Positions 10,965-22,835 are shown, numbered from the whole stretch's first letter. The stretch: 63,718 nt of DNA, filler included, from 15 parts of 15 records of this genome joined end to end with filler, not necessarily neighbours in it; one strand, 5' to 3'. Numbers and translations are program-made. The notes: generated by a model not told the origin, from the letters alone.

Positions 10965-13900
10965 ATGTTCAAGACGTTTGCTCGGGAGCGGGTGGTGCCG
11001 TGGGAGGGCCTCGATGGCATCCAGGTGAGCTCTGCTCTGTGCTCGCCGTTCTCGGTCGGACGTCGGCAGGCTGAGCGCTGGCGACAGAGCGACGTCAGCA
11101 GCTGCTGCTGGCCCCGGCCGCAGAATGACGCTCACCGGCCGTGCGTGCTGGCGCGCAGGGGCATCTGGCGGAGTCGCTGCGGCGGATCAAGAAAAACTCG
11201 AGCAAGAAGATGGCCGACCTCCACAACAGTTGCGCCGCAGCGCTTGTGGAGCTCGAGAAGGAGATACCCGCCGCCCAGGTCCAGGGAGACATCAGAACGA
11301 AAATCCACATCATCTTTGAGCCATTCCGCCTAACCTGCGACGAGAAGAATGTCAAGGTCCGTGGCGTCGTGCTGTCTGCCTTCTCCACCCTTCAGCCTCG
11401 CTCCGCGCTCACATCGGCCGCGCCGCCGCTGCACAGACGGTCGCGTACGCGCTGGACTGCATCGAGAAACTTATGGAGCACGGGTTCTTGATACCAAGCC
11501 CTGGTGATCGCAGTGACGCTGGCCAGCTGATCGACCAGGCTGTGGCATGTGTGAGCGACTGCTTCACAGTGCCTGACGACATGGTCCAACTGCAGATCGT
11601 GCAGGCCTTGGAGATCGGCGTGAAGGTGCAGCACTCGGGGGTCCACGAAGGGAGCCTTTTGACGGCGGTGCGCACCATCTACAACATCTACTTGAACCCC
11701 AAAAGCGCTGCGAATATGGACAGGGCGCTCGAGGCGCTGCAGGCAATTCTGAAGGCTGTTTACAAGCGCATGGAGACAGCCAGCGTGGAGGAGGCCATGA
11801 ACGCGCTGGACGCGACGCGCTCAGACGCATCCACGGACGGAGCCCCGCCACCTCCGCTGGAGAGGATTGAGGCAGCAGACCCAGAAGCTGTGGTTCTCGA
11901 CGTGTCTGTCGATGGTGAAGAACTGAGCGCCCCGCCGCCCATCGCAGATGTGGAGCCGGAGCCGGAGCAGGAATCCGGCCAGGTGGCTACGCCGCGCCGT
12001 AGCTCAGTGGTGGCGCTGGAGCAGAAACTCGGCGACACATCCATGAACGAAGAGGACGAAGGTGCAGACACATCTGGGGCCACGTTTCCAAATATTTACC
12101 AGAAGGATGGCTACCTACTATTCCGGGCCCTGTGCAAGCTGTCGATGAAGGAAGTAACGAAGGAGCAGCTACCCGACTCTGTGCCGGTGCGGAGCAAGCT
12201 GCAAGCGCTCAGTCTGATCCAGTCAGTGCTCGAGACGGCCGGCCCAGCGTTCCGTAGCGCCGAAAAATTCGCGTATGCCATCAAGCAGTACCTCTGTTTG
12301 TCACTGCTCAAGAACTGCGTGTCTCCATTCGATTCCGTTTTCGAGATCTCTTTGGCAATTTTCGATAACCTTGTGGTCAACTTTATTGACCACCTCAAGA
12401 CGGAGCTGCAGGTGTTTTTTGAAAATATCTTCTTCCGTTTTCTCGAGAGCCCGAGCTCGTCATTCGTGCACAAATCCGCCGTGCTGGACAGCGTTCGCCG
12501 CATGTGTGCGACCGCACAATTTCCGGTGGACCTGTACCTGAACTATGACTGTGATTTTGAGGGTGCGAACGTGTACGAGCGACTGATCACGTCGCTTTCA
12601 GACATGGCTCGAGGGCACGATGTGCCCGTGGCGATACGAGAGGGCCTCGTCACGCCACAGCAAGGACAGCAGCTGGAGCTAGCTGCTCTGGAGACCCTGG
12701 TCACCTGCGTGTCCTCGATGGTGGATTGGTGCAATCACTGTGACGCCGTCCATGCTAGGGAGGCTGAGGCTTTGAAGTCAGATGCAGAAGATGTGAACGA
12801 AGATGATCTGGAGGCGCTGATTGAGAAGGAGCGTGGAGCACGCGGCAAGCTAGGGAAAGGTGAGCAGGCTGAAATGGCGGAAAAGCAGAAGCGTCGCAAG
12901 GACTTGCTTGTGCAGGCTGTTGAAAAGTTCAACCTCAAGCCAAAAGCCGGCGTCTTATTCCTGCAGAAATGTGAACTGATCCCTCCCGGCACTGGGATCG
13001 ATGCTGCGACAAAGCTGGCGCAGCTTTTCAGAGAGACAGAAGGGTTCGACAAGACAGAGATGGGTGACTACATGGGCGAAGGGGGTACGCCAAAGACTGC
13101 CTTCAATGTGAGCGTGCTGCACGCCTTCATCGACACCTACGACTTTACTGACATGACGTTCAGTGAGTCGCTGCGGTCACTACTCAAAGGTTTCCGGCTG
13201 CCTGGTGAGGCACAGAAAATCGATCGTGTCGTTGAGAAGTTTGCCGAGCGTTACTGCAGCCACAATCCAGGCTCGTTTGACAACGCGGATGCTGCCTACA
13301 CGCTCGCGTACTCTGTTATCATGCTCAACACAGATCGGCACAATCCAATGGTCAAGAAGAAGATGGAGCTCGAGGACTTCTTGCGAAACAACCGCGGGAT
13401 TAATGGCGACGGCGGCGATCTGCCGAAGGAGATGTTGACGACAATTTTTCACGAAATCGTTGCAAACGAAATCAAAATGAAAGAGGATGGAGAGGACTGG
13501 TCGAAGCATAGCGGGATGCTCACGTCCAAGCAGCGCCAGCAGATGTGGCAGGATGAGTCCGACCGTATCATCAAGCAATCCACGCAGATGTTCTCTTCCA
13601 AGCGCTCTGACGTCCGCAAGTTTCACCATGCTAACGAAAAACACCATGTCTCCCTGATGTTTAAAGCTTCGTGGTGCCCCTTGCTTGCTGCCTTTAGTGT
13701 CATCATGGAGGAGGTCGACGACCCAAGAATCATTGACCTCGTCCTGAAAGGTTTCTCCGCGGCGGTGCACATAGCCTCAACGTTTTTCATGGATGTGGAG
13801 CGTGATGCATTTGTATCGACGCTGGCTAAATTTACGCTGCTGCACACGAACGATAAGCAGATGAAGGAAAAGCATGTGGAGGCAATCAAGACGATCCTTG

Positions 13901-16900
13901 CCATTGCATTCCTTGAGGGAGACTACCTCGAAGACTCCTGGGGACTGATTCAACGAACCATCTCGCAGCTTAACCAGAAGCATCAATTGTTGGACGGGGC
14001 GAGGGATGATGCCAGCTTCTTTGCGGGTGCAGCAGACACGCCTGTGCGTGGAGCGGGTGCGGGTGCAATCGCAACAGCTCAGCCTACAAGAGAGCAGCAG
14101 GAGTATCTCTACGCGCTGCCGCTGCAGGACCAAGTTGACCGTGCTGAGATCGAGCGGATCTACTCCAACTCCTCAAACCTCAACTCAGAAGCTGTGATAC
14201 ACTTCGTAACGCACCTGGTCAAGGTCTCTCAAGCGGAATTAGAAAGCTCGCAGCCAAGTATCTTTTCGATGCAAAAGATTGTGGAGACGGCGGCGGCCAA
14301 CATGGACCGCGTGCGCATTGTGTGGTCGCAGATCTGGAAGATTTTACAGGTGCATTTTCAGAACGTGGGCTGCCACGAAAACATGCGGATCGCAATGTAC
14401 GCCATTGATAGTCTGCGGCAGCTTGCACGGAAGTTTTTGGAGAAGGATGAGCTGATGGGCTTCGACTTCCAACAGGATTTTCTGCTTCCTTTCGAGCACA
14501 TAGTCCAGAACTCGCGTTCCAACCAGAACCGAGAGCTCGTGGTGCGGTGCCTCGACCAGATAATCCAGACGAGCGCCCAGAACCTCAAGTCTGGGTGGCG
14601 AGCGCTGCTGAAGGTGCTGGTTGTGGCCGCTAGCGATCAGGATGAAATGATCGTCAACCTTGGATTCAATATTTCCGAGACGGTGATGAAACAGCACTTC
14701 GGAGAGATCAAGGAAATCTTCAGCGACATGGCCCACTGCATCGTGGCGTTTGGTTGCAACAAGACCAACACTACGGTGTCACTCGCAGCAATTCGCCACC
14801 TGAAGGACAATCTCAGCCTCAAGCTAATTAATGGCGACGTAATTCCGTTGCCCGAACCATCGCAAGCTAGTCCAACTTCGCACAGTTTCCTGTTCACCGA
14901 GGCCCACGCCAAATACTGGTTCCCGCTGCTGATAGGAATCGCAAATTTGGTAAATGATGAGCGCCCAACAGTCCGGACGACTGCACTCGAAGCTCTGTTC
15001 CACATTCTTCGCAAACACGGTGCTACCTTCTCGCATGAGCTTTGGGGTCTTGTGTTCAAGGGCGTGCTTATCCCAATTTTTGACAACGTTCGTCACGCTG
15101 GGGAGGAAGATGAGAGCACCGACGAGTGGCTGCAGCGGACGTGTTTTCTCGCACTGCAGCAGCTAGTGGATCTCTTCGTTCACTTCTACGACATTGTTGT
15201 CTTCTTGTTAGGTGATGTCCTGGATCTCCTCACCAATTGTGCCGAACAGGACAGAGAGAACCTGGCCCGCATCGGCGTCGCCTGCTTCACCCGCCTATGT
15301 GTCTCGTCCGGCGAATGCATGGAGCCCGAGGTTTGGTCGCAGGTCACAGACACGTACGCTGCACTGTTCGAGAACACCGCACCAAAGGAGCTGCTGCTGC
15401 GGACGGACACGATGGACGACGACGCGGCAGCAGCGGCCGAGGCTGCCGAGAGCGCTCGAGATGCAGCGACAGCAGCGTTGAGCGAGACTGCGGAGGTGCG
15501 GAGCGTGTACGAGGCGAAGATGGAGCAACTGGAGGTCATGGCAAGACACGAAGGTGAGCTACAGGACGCTGCAGCGGCTGCGCAGAAGCGTGCGGCGGCG
15601 GCTGCAGAGGCAGCTGCGGAAGGTGGCGCGGTGGGGGGAGGTGGGGGCGACCCGGCGGCGCTCGCGGCGGCGGCAAGCGAGGCAGAAATGGAGGCGCAGA
15701 CTCAGTCGCAGGCCAAGGCCGAGGTGCAGGAGGAAGCCCGACGGGCAGCAGAGCTGTTAGCAACGCTCGAGGACGCTGCGGGTGGACAAGAGGCTGTGGC
15801 GGAGGAGGCGGCGGCCGCTTATGAGCGCTCGCAGACCGAGCGTGAGAACCTGCTACGCTTCCATGGTGTGCGTTGCAAGTGCGTCGTCCAGCTCTTGCTA
15901 ATCGACTCAGTGGAAGAGGTGTTCTTCAAGCACGGCCACTTGCTGCGCTGTAACCAAATCGAGGCGTTGCTCGGTGCGCTCACGCGCTGCCATGAGTTCG
16001 CCCGAAATTTCAACGCGGACATTGAGCTGCGCAATGAACTGTGGTCTCGGGTAAGAATTCCACGCCCGCAGCAACAAATGTATCGCGACTGTTCACGGAT
16101 CCCAGCTGTGCAATCCTTGCGCTCCTTCGCTCCATGCATCACTGTCCGTTTCAGGTCTGTCTACTTTTGCTGGCCACATTCAAGTGGCAGTCTCAGCGAA
16201 ACTACGCTGTGCTAAAACACACTACGAATGCTGTTTTCCTCTTGTCACCAGGGCTTCATGAAGAAGGTGCCAAATTTGCTCAAGCAGGCGGGCAACGGGA
16301 TCGCCTGCGCGCTGCGAGTGCTCTTTCGGCTTTATAGCCCGGACATGCTCGATGGTACAGCCGACGTTCCAGCTGATGAAGCTGCTAATCTAGACCAAGA
16401 TAGCACTGACAGAGGTGCAGGAATAGGCGCAGCAGGTGTACCGGTCGGTCTGCAGGTGCTGCCGCCGGAAGAGGTGCGAGCTCGGCAGGAGCTGGCGGAA
16501 GGGTACGTTCTCCTCTTTATTCTCGCATCGCTTACTCACGCGACCACGACAGAGATGGATCTAAGATCTTGAACTACTGTCCATTAATTGCTGTCCTCGC
16601 TTATGCATTCCATCAGGCGTTTAATCTCGCTCTGCCTGGAAGTGATGACGTTCTACATCTCCCTATCACGGCAGATTGACGACCTTGGTGCTGGAGAAGG
16701 GCCAGGCGTCTTATCCCCGAATGAAATGTCGCCTGGCGGCTCGGTACTCCCACATGCTGCGGCACCGGAGGCTCGAAAGGAGGTGGAGGCATACTCGCCC
16801 ATTATGGTACTGCTGTTGCGAAATTTGCATATGCTCTCGCCCCCGAGCCAGTTCGCGAAGCACTTGCCGACATTCTATCTGTAAGTCACGGTTCCGGTTG

Positions 16901-17267
16901 CCCTGCTCAATCTGCGTGACGCCGAAGTTGAATGCGTCATTGCACTTGTTATTGTCGCACCGGATGTGATTCGTGTCTCGCCTCTATGAAATCTTACGCA
17001 TTTGTGTCCGCTGTTTCTGTTGCCTTGTGGCACTCTGCTTCGAACAGGTTATTAGTAGAACTTGTGAAGGTTAGCTCACAAGATGTGCGGAACGCGGTGG
17101 CTGCTATTTTCACGGATTGTGTCACACCTGTGCTCTTCCCGGCCCAGGCAGCGCGGCAAGGTGAAGGAGGGCAGCCGGCGCCGTTGCTACCGGCAGATGC
17201 GATCCCGCGCGAGCTGCCGGATAGTCTGGCTCAGCCACCACCCCCGCCGCCTGTGGGGGACGCTTGA
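10965..17267 (+). CDS. BIG/Sec7-type large ARF guanine nucleotide exchange factor; exons 10965-11024, 11159-11356, 11437-16050, 16252-16502, 16617-16880, 17048-17267
   Basis: DCB motif (PFRLTC...ALDCIEKL), HUS box YLNYDCD, Sec7 FRLPGEAQKIDR and YSVIMLNTD, HDS domains, C-terminal GFMKKVPNLLKQ. All five GT-AG introns are phase-compatible. Confidence 0.95.
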
Positions 17268-17540
17268 CCCGCCTGAAAAGTCTGGGATGGAGGCTAGATG
17301 ACTCCCAATGAATTACCAGCCAGTTGCAGGCGCGCACTACATGTTTTTTTGCATGCACACGCACGCGGGAGAGGAAGGTGACTGTCGGAGCATTGCGAAG
17401 ATTCAAGGTGCAAGAATGCATAGACAAGGAGCATGAAATCACTTGTGAAAACACATGTCTTTATCTCGATATGTTCACACAGCGTGCCTCGTGCAGTCAC
17501 AACCTCGCGCCTCCCCCCTCCCCCCTCCCCCCTCTGGGCC

Positions 17541-18578
17541 TCAGCCCCGCTTGGCGGTCCAGCACTGCTCCTTCCAGTGTACTGGCTTGCCGCACAGATG
17601 GCAGACGTAGCCCGGTCCTGGCTTGCCACGCGCGCCACCGATGCGAGGCCGAGTCTGACCTGTCTGACGCGTCTCAGTGACGCTGACGGTCTCGTCGACT
17701 CGCTCACGCACCTCGACGATGTGCTTCATGGCCTTGCCGAATGCCTGCTTTACCCCTGCTGCGTTGTCCTCCACGGGGATGAGCTTGCACAGCTGCGGGG
17801 CACACAGTGCCTCGAGCACCTGCCGGCCCTCTGAACCGATAGCCAGACCCACGAAGTGGAAGCAGCCAACTCCAGGAGACGCGATGCGGGCTGCAATGGC
17901 GTCCTGCGTCGTGTCCGAGCAGTTGTCAGCGCCGTCGGTCAGCGCGACCAGCTGCAGTGAGCGGCCCTTCGCAGTCACCATGGTGTCGAGGGCGGCACCG
18001 ATGGCGTCGAAGAGCCGAGTTCGACCACCGCAAGAGCCGATGGAGGCCAACACCGGATCCAGGTCGATGTCGATCTTCGGAGTGAACGGCAGCACCTGAG
18101 TCACGACACGGTTGAACGTGAAGATGCTCAGGCGGTCCTGCGGTCCGAGCGTGTGGGCGAACAGGTCACGCAGCGACGACAGGGCCTGCGCATGCTTGCT
18201 GCCCGACATGCTGCCGCTGAGGTCCAGCACGACGGCAACGTCGTTGACCTTGGGCACCGTCTTGACGAGCTTCTCGCGGACGACAGTCTTGTCGCGAGTC
18301 ACCTCGCGTCTGGTGTGCGAGCCGCCGCCTCGCACGGCCAGCGCGCAGCCCTCGTCGCGGCGCAGGGTGAGCTGCCTTCCGCCGCCGCCGCCGCCGCCGC
18401 CCGCCACCCCGCCACCGCTGGGCTTCGGGTGCAGGAACTGCTTGCAGTGCTGCCCATCCTGCAGCTTGCGGCAGCCTGCACCGAACTTGCACAGCCGTGC
18501 GCGCCCAGGCGGGTGGCTGAAGGTGCAGGCGAACATGCGGCAGCCCGCGGCGTGCCTGCAAGGGCGGCAGTCCGCCAT
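17541..18578 (-). CDS. vWA-domain protein with N-terminal CCCH and PBZ-like zinc fingers and C-terminal CCHC knuckle
   Basis: ATG at 18578 (MADCRPC...). MIDAS VLDLSGSM, TRLFDAI, LTDGADN. C-terminal PGYVCHLCGKPVHWKEQC. Confidence 0.8.
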   Translation of the reverse strand: MADCRPCRHAAGCRMFACTFSHPPGRARLCKFGAGCRKLQDGQHCKQFLHPKPSGGGVAGGGGGGGGRQLTLRRDEGCALAVRGGGSHTRREVTRDKTVVREKLVKTVPKVNDVAVVLDLSGSMSGSKHAQALSSLRDLFAHTLGPQDRLSIFTFNRVVTQVLPFTPKIDIDLDPVLASIGSCGGRTRLFDAIGAALDTMVTAKGRSLQLVALTDGADNCSDTTQDAIAARIASPGVGCFHFVGLAIGSEGRQVLEALCAPQLCKLIPVEDNAAGVKQAFGKAMKHIVEVRERVDETVSVTETRQTGQTRPRIGGARGKPGPGYVCHLCGKPVHWKEQCWTAKRG

Positions 18579-19295
18579 GGAGGTGCTGAGCGCTGCTGAG
18601 CGAGAGGTGCTGAGAACTGCTGAGAGCTGAGCGTGTCCCGGTGGTGGTGGGTTGCTGTTGTGGTTGCTGGGCGTTGTCGGGGGCTGTTGTGCGTTGTTGT
18701 GGCGAGCTGTCACCGGAGCGCCACGCAGCGACCGACGGCGGGAGTTCGGACCCTCTCCGTCCGTCGCGACTCGGAAACTTGCTTGAACTGCATGCAGCCC
18801 CGTGGGGATGCCTGCCGATGCGTGCATGCGGTTCCAGGACCTGGTTGCCCAATTTCCTTGATGGTCTTCCCGACGGGATCCCGTTCGTGTACACCGTATG
18901 AATACTATGAATAGTGGTAGGCTAGTACTAGCTAGATCTAGCTACTGTACCAGTACGCAGCACGTACCTGGGTACCGTACAATTATAGTAGTAGATTCCT
19001 TACAGCCAGGCCGATACTAGTACAGTACCATCACTTGCGGTGAGCGGTAAGCTGCTAGTGGCAAGGAACCCGGTCACGGAGTCCTCCGGCGCTTGAGCCG
19101 GANNNNNNNNNNNNNNNNNNNNNNNNNNNNNNNNNNNNNNNNNNNNTTAATTAATTAANNNNNNNNNNNNNNNNNNNNNNNNNNNNNNNNNNNNNNNNNN
19201 NNGAGCTCAAGCACCGGAGTCTCTCTAAAAAGACGACTGGCCAGGTCGAAAACATTTGCGACCAAATTCCATCCGGCATTCGCACATTCCAGTGA

Positions 19296-21878
19296 GTGAG
19301 CAACCCAGTCAACAAGCAGTCAACCGAGTCAAACGTCGAGTCTACACAGGTCTACAATTTCTCAGAGTGCGATTCCCCAGTGTCACCAGCGATTCTATTC
19401 CGCGATGAGTCGAATGAGTGCACACGCCCGCGCGAGCAGCAGTGTTGCCGAGGCGCCCACCGTCGGCGGAAGCTCGGTCCGCTTGAAGGCTACCGCCAGG
19501 CCCTGGCGAGGACCACCAGCACCCACGGCACAGGCCCGAGCCGGCAGCGTCCCACTCTCGCTAACCCCGAGGGCGGTGGCCTTGTCCGCGACGGCCCAGC
19601 TGCCAAGGATGCTGGCCCTCAGCCGGGCGGACGGGAGCAGGCCGCTCTCACAGACGGCGGCGAGCTCGCGGCTGCTGAATCACATGCCGGGCTCCCAGAC
19701 CACGATGGAAAGGAGCAGGTCGACATCCGCTCGGCCTTTCGGCTGGTCGAGGGGGTGTTTGAGCGCAACACGTTTGATCGCAACCAGGACGCGCTCACCC
19801 GGGACGCCATCTACGCACAGGACGCGAGCCGGAAGACGCTCGGGCTGCTCGCGTACGAGGGTGGCACCATCTGTGTGCTCGCTGTCGATCCCGCGGCGCG
19901 CCGCACGGGCATCGGCAGGCAGCTGGTGCGTGCGCACGCGGCGCTGTGTTCTGGTGCCACAATCAGAGTCCAGGCTGACCGCAGCGAGGGCACGGTCCAG
20001 TTCTACGAGGCGTGTGGACTGGAGCTGGACGCTGGCGCGACCGATGCGCCGGACTGCCGCGCGATGAGGGCTGGTCGTCGGCAGGCGCTCGAGGCAATCC
20101 CGCAGCAGTCGCTCCCCGGCATTGCGATGGTCCGGCACCAGTTTCCAGAGACCCACCCGTTCTTTGGGGCTGAGCACGCGCCGTTTCTGAGGCGCCGCTT
20201 GGAGGCTGCCGAGCCGGTGCTGCTCGCGGGGCTCTCTGAGGGAAAGGACGGCGCGATATCCGTCGACCCGGGCGCACTGCAGCGTGTGTGGGACACGGCG
20301 AAGGAGCTGTTTGACTACGAGCTCGGCGAGGACTGGGGAGGCAGTGCTCTTGGCGCGGACGCGCTGCAGCACCTGTTCGAGACCGCAGTGAACGAGTTCC
20401 GCCCGCATCGGCTCGTGTACGACGTTGGCGCGGGGTGCGGCTTTGTCGTGTTTGCTCTGCGGGTGCTGGGCATCACCGCGGGCGGGTGCGAGGCCAGCAC
20501 GACGCTACGTGACGGGGCGAACCGGATCGGCACCCGGTACTTTGGCAGCGCGTGGGAGCCGATCGAGGCCACCATGCGCCCGGTTAGCAGCAAGGTCATC
20601 GTTTACGTCAACAACCTCGCGCCCAACTCACTGCAGCAGCTGGACGCTGCCGACATCAGGATCATGGCAACCGCGAGTATTCCGGCGCTCGGCAGCGCGC
20701 TCCGACGCTGGGCAGTTGGCGACGTGTTCACTCTGGCCGAGTGGGAGACAGAGGGCTCGTGCGGTGAGACGGCGTTCAGGTGGCACCGCTACATCCCGGT
20801 GCCACTGGAGCAGCTGTTTGCGCTCAAGAAGCCGTACCCTCGCGAGAATGGATCGCGCTCGCTGGAGATGATCATGTTTGGCTGCGACGACGAGGGACGC
20901 CGGCACCACTACGAGAATACTGAGGGAGAGTGCACATGGGAGCAGTGCAAGAGCAATCGCCTGTTCAACGGCAACCTTTACGCGCGGCTGTCCGAGCACG
21001 TGATCCATGGCGTGGGAGGCAGGCGCCGCTTCGAGGTTCGCAACGCCTTCAAGGCTGCATTTTCGCGCACTGAGCCGAGTCACAACCAGATGGTTGCGTG
21101 GATGATTGACTGGTGCTCTGTCCGGGCGACGGGCCAGGGCTTTCTGGACGTTGACGGTCCGTCAGTGGCAGCGCTCGGCGGCTCGTTCTCGCTGCCCACG
21201 AGAGATCTGGTCCAGCACGGAATTGTGCCTTTCCGCCGCACAGGGCACCCCGAGGTGGAGAAGGCTGGTGGTGCTCCAGCGTCCTCGGACAGCATTGCAA
21301 ACGACGAGTGCTGGCGCCTTCAGGTTGCCAATGCTGCGGGAAAGGATCTGATCACCAAGGAGCTGCTGCACGCCACCAACCCTGACCTGGCAGTCGGCGA
21401 GTACCCGCAGCTCAAGCACGTGGCGCGGACCCTGGAGCGCTGCTCACCGCTGCTGCTGGACCCACGCCCGGAGCTGAGCGGGAGCCTGATGGCGGTGCTG
21501 CTGCAGCCGTCGGGAATGTTTCTGATGGAGACGGAATGGCCGGGCTTGGAGCTCGGCCACACGCTGCTGTACGATGCCGAGCGAAAGTTTCTGTGCATGG
21601 GACGAACCCGGCGGCTTTCGCACGAGCAGCACACGGTCAGGCCAGTCAGCGGCGACTTTTGTGACCCGATCGGACGGCTGAGGGAGCAGTACGGGTTTGA
21701 GTTTGCTGTCAAGGGGGTCTATATGGTCATGCTCAAGACGCGCCGCATGGGCGAGCTGCCGCTCACGGCATATCTGCCGCCCGCACTGACCGAGGCGCAG
21801 ATGCGCAAGGAAGCCAAGCGCAAGGCGTACTTTGAGCAGCAGCAGATGCAGAAGCGTGTGCGTGCCGGCGAGCTGTGA
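19296..21878 (+). CDS. Multidomain protein: GNAT acetyltransferase + DOT1-like SAM methyltransferase + putative Cys/His peptidase-like C-terminus (start uncertain)
   Basis: GNAT motif A LAVDPAARRTGIGRQLV and motif B VQFYEACG. VYDVGAGCG, GCE and VIVYVNN. C-terminal DECW...GHTLLYD. The 860-codon frame is open but its start is GTG. Confidence 0.6.
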   Translation: MSNPVNKQSTESNVESTQVYNFSECDSPVSPAILFRDESNECTRPREQQCCRGAHRRRKLGPLEGYRQALARTTSTHGTGPSRQRPTLANPEGGGLVRDGPAAKDAGPQPGGREQAALTDGGELAAAESHAGLPDHDGKEQVDIRSAFRLVEGVFERNTFDRNQDALTRDAIYAQDASRKTLGLLAYEGGTICVLAVDPAARRTGIGRQLVRAHAALCSGATIRVQADRSEGTVQFYEACGLELDAGATDAPDCRAMRAGRRQALEAIPQQSLPGIAMVRHQFPETHPFFGAEHAPFLRRRLEAAEPVLLAGLSEGKDGAISVDPGALQRVWDTAKELFDYELGEDWGGSALGADALQHLFETAVNEFRPHRLVYDVGAGCGFVVFALRVLGITAGGCEASTTLRDGANRIGTRYFGSAWEPIEATMRPVSSKVIVYVNNLAPNSLQQLDAADIRIMATASIPALGSALRRWAVGDVFTLAEWETEGSCGETAFRWHRYIPVPLEQLFALKKPYPRENGSRSLEMIMFGCDDEGRRHHYENTEGECTWEQCKSNRLFNGNLYARLSEHVIHGVGGRRRFEVRNAFKAAFSRTEPSHNQMVAWMIDWCSVRATGQGFLDVDGPSVAALGGSFSLPTRDLVQHGIVPFRRTGHPEVEKAGGAPASSDSIANDECWRLQVANAAGKDLITKELLHATNPDLAVGEYPQLKHVARTLERCSPLLLDPRPELSGSLMAVLLQPSGMFLMETEWPGLELGHTLLYDAERKFLCMGRTRRLSHEQHTVRPVSGDFCDPIGRLREQYGFEFAVKGVYMVMLKTRRMGELPLTAYLPPALTEAQMRKEAKRKAYFEQQQMQKRVRAGEL

Positions 21879-22621
21879 GTGTACTGGTAGCAAATGCACT
21901 GTGCATTGACAGATGGATGTGGCTTGCATCTGTATAGATTAGCCGCCAGCACTCGCCAATCGCATTGCTGCCACTAATCTACCCAGCACCTGCCGCATCA
22001 CTAGCAAAACTGACACCACCCAAGAAAGCGCTCGAGTCGAAAGTGACATCACTCCCGTAGAGTACTGGCACTAGGAAGCACACTTCCGCTCAAAGGTCAC
22101 ACCACAGGACCGTGGCCCACTGGTACTTGCCTAAAGCAACCACCACACGCGCTGTTGACGTAACGCCCGTCCTCGGTTTCGAACGGGTGCGCAAACCAGG
22201 TGACGTACTCGCGGTGCCAGTGGTGATTGCAGACCTCGCAGTACTCGCGCNNNNNNNNNNNNNNNNNNNNNNNNNNNNNNNNNNNNNNNNNNNNTTAATT
22301 AATTAANNNNNNNNNNNNNNNNNNNNNNNNNNNNNNNNNNNNNNNNNNNNCATTAACAATCATAATGGACAATAGAACAATACCCTGATGGTCAGTAGGC
22401 TCAGAATATGAAAAACTCGTATTATACCATGAATTTAATACGACTCTGCATAGCGCGGTACATGTAACTTACGCGCGGCCCCCCCGACGCGCGCGACTAA
22501 TCGATACGCGCCGCGTGTACACACGAACCTCGTTGAGGTCGGCGATACGTACCCTTGCTTGCAGTTGCAGCCTGCCAGTCTAAGCGTAACAAGTAAGGCC
22601 CCACTCTAGCGCTCTGACGAC

Positions 22622-22835
22622 ATGCAGCCGCTCGAGGTGCCTGCTGCTGCCACCGCCCTAGGCGCCCCCACTGCCAAGCAGCAGCGAGCGCATGCGGCTG
22701 CAGGGGCGGAGGAGGGCGTCTGACCGACGAGCCAGCTCCAGGGAGGGCTCGAGATATGCCTGCTGCTGCCGCCGCCAGCACGCCCACCGCCAAGCAGCAG
22801 CGAGCGGATGCGGCTGCAAGGGCGGAGGAGGGTGT
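22622..22835 (+). repeat. Diverged tandem duplication of about 90 bp; the first copy is a 33-aa uORF (22622-22723), the second is the start of the main CDS
   Basis: PAAATALGAPTAKQQRAHAAAGAEEGV* versus MPAAAAASTPTAKQQRADAAARAEEGV, near-identical at DNA level. Confidence 0.85.

Noticed and set aside
15410-15840. Ala/Glu-rich insert in the Sec7 protein as a new domain
   Set aside because: It is a low-complexity coiled coil in a region that varies among BIG proteins.
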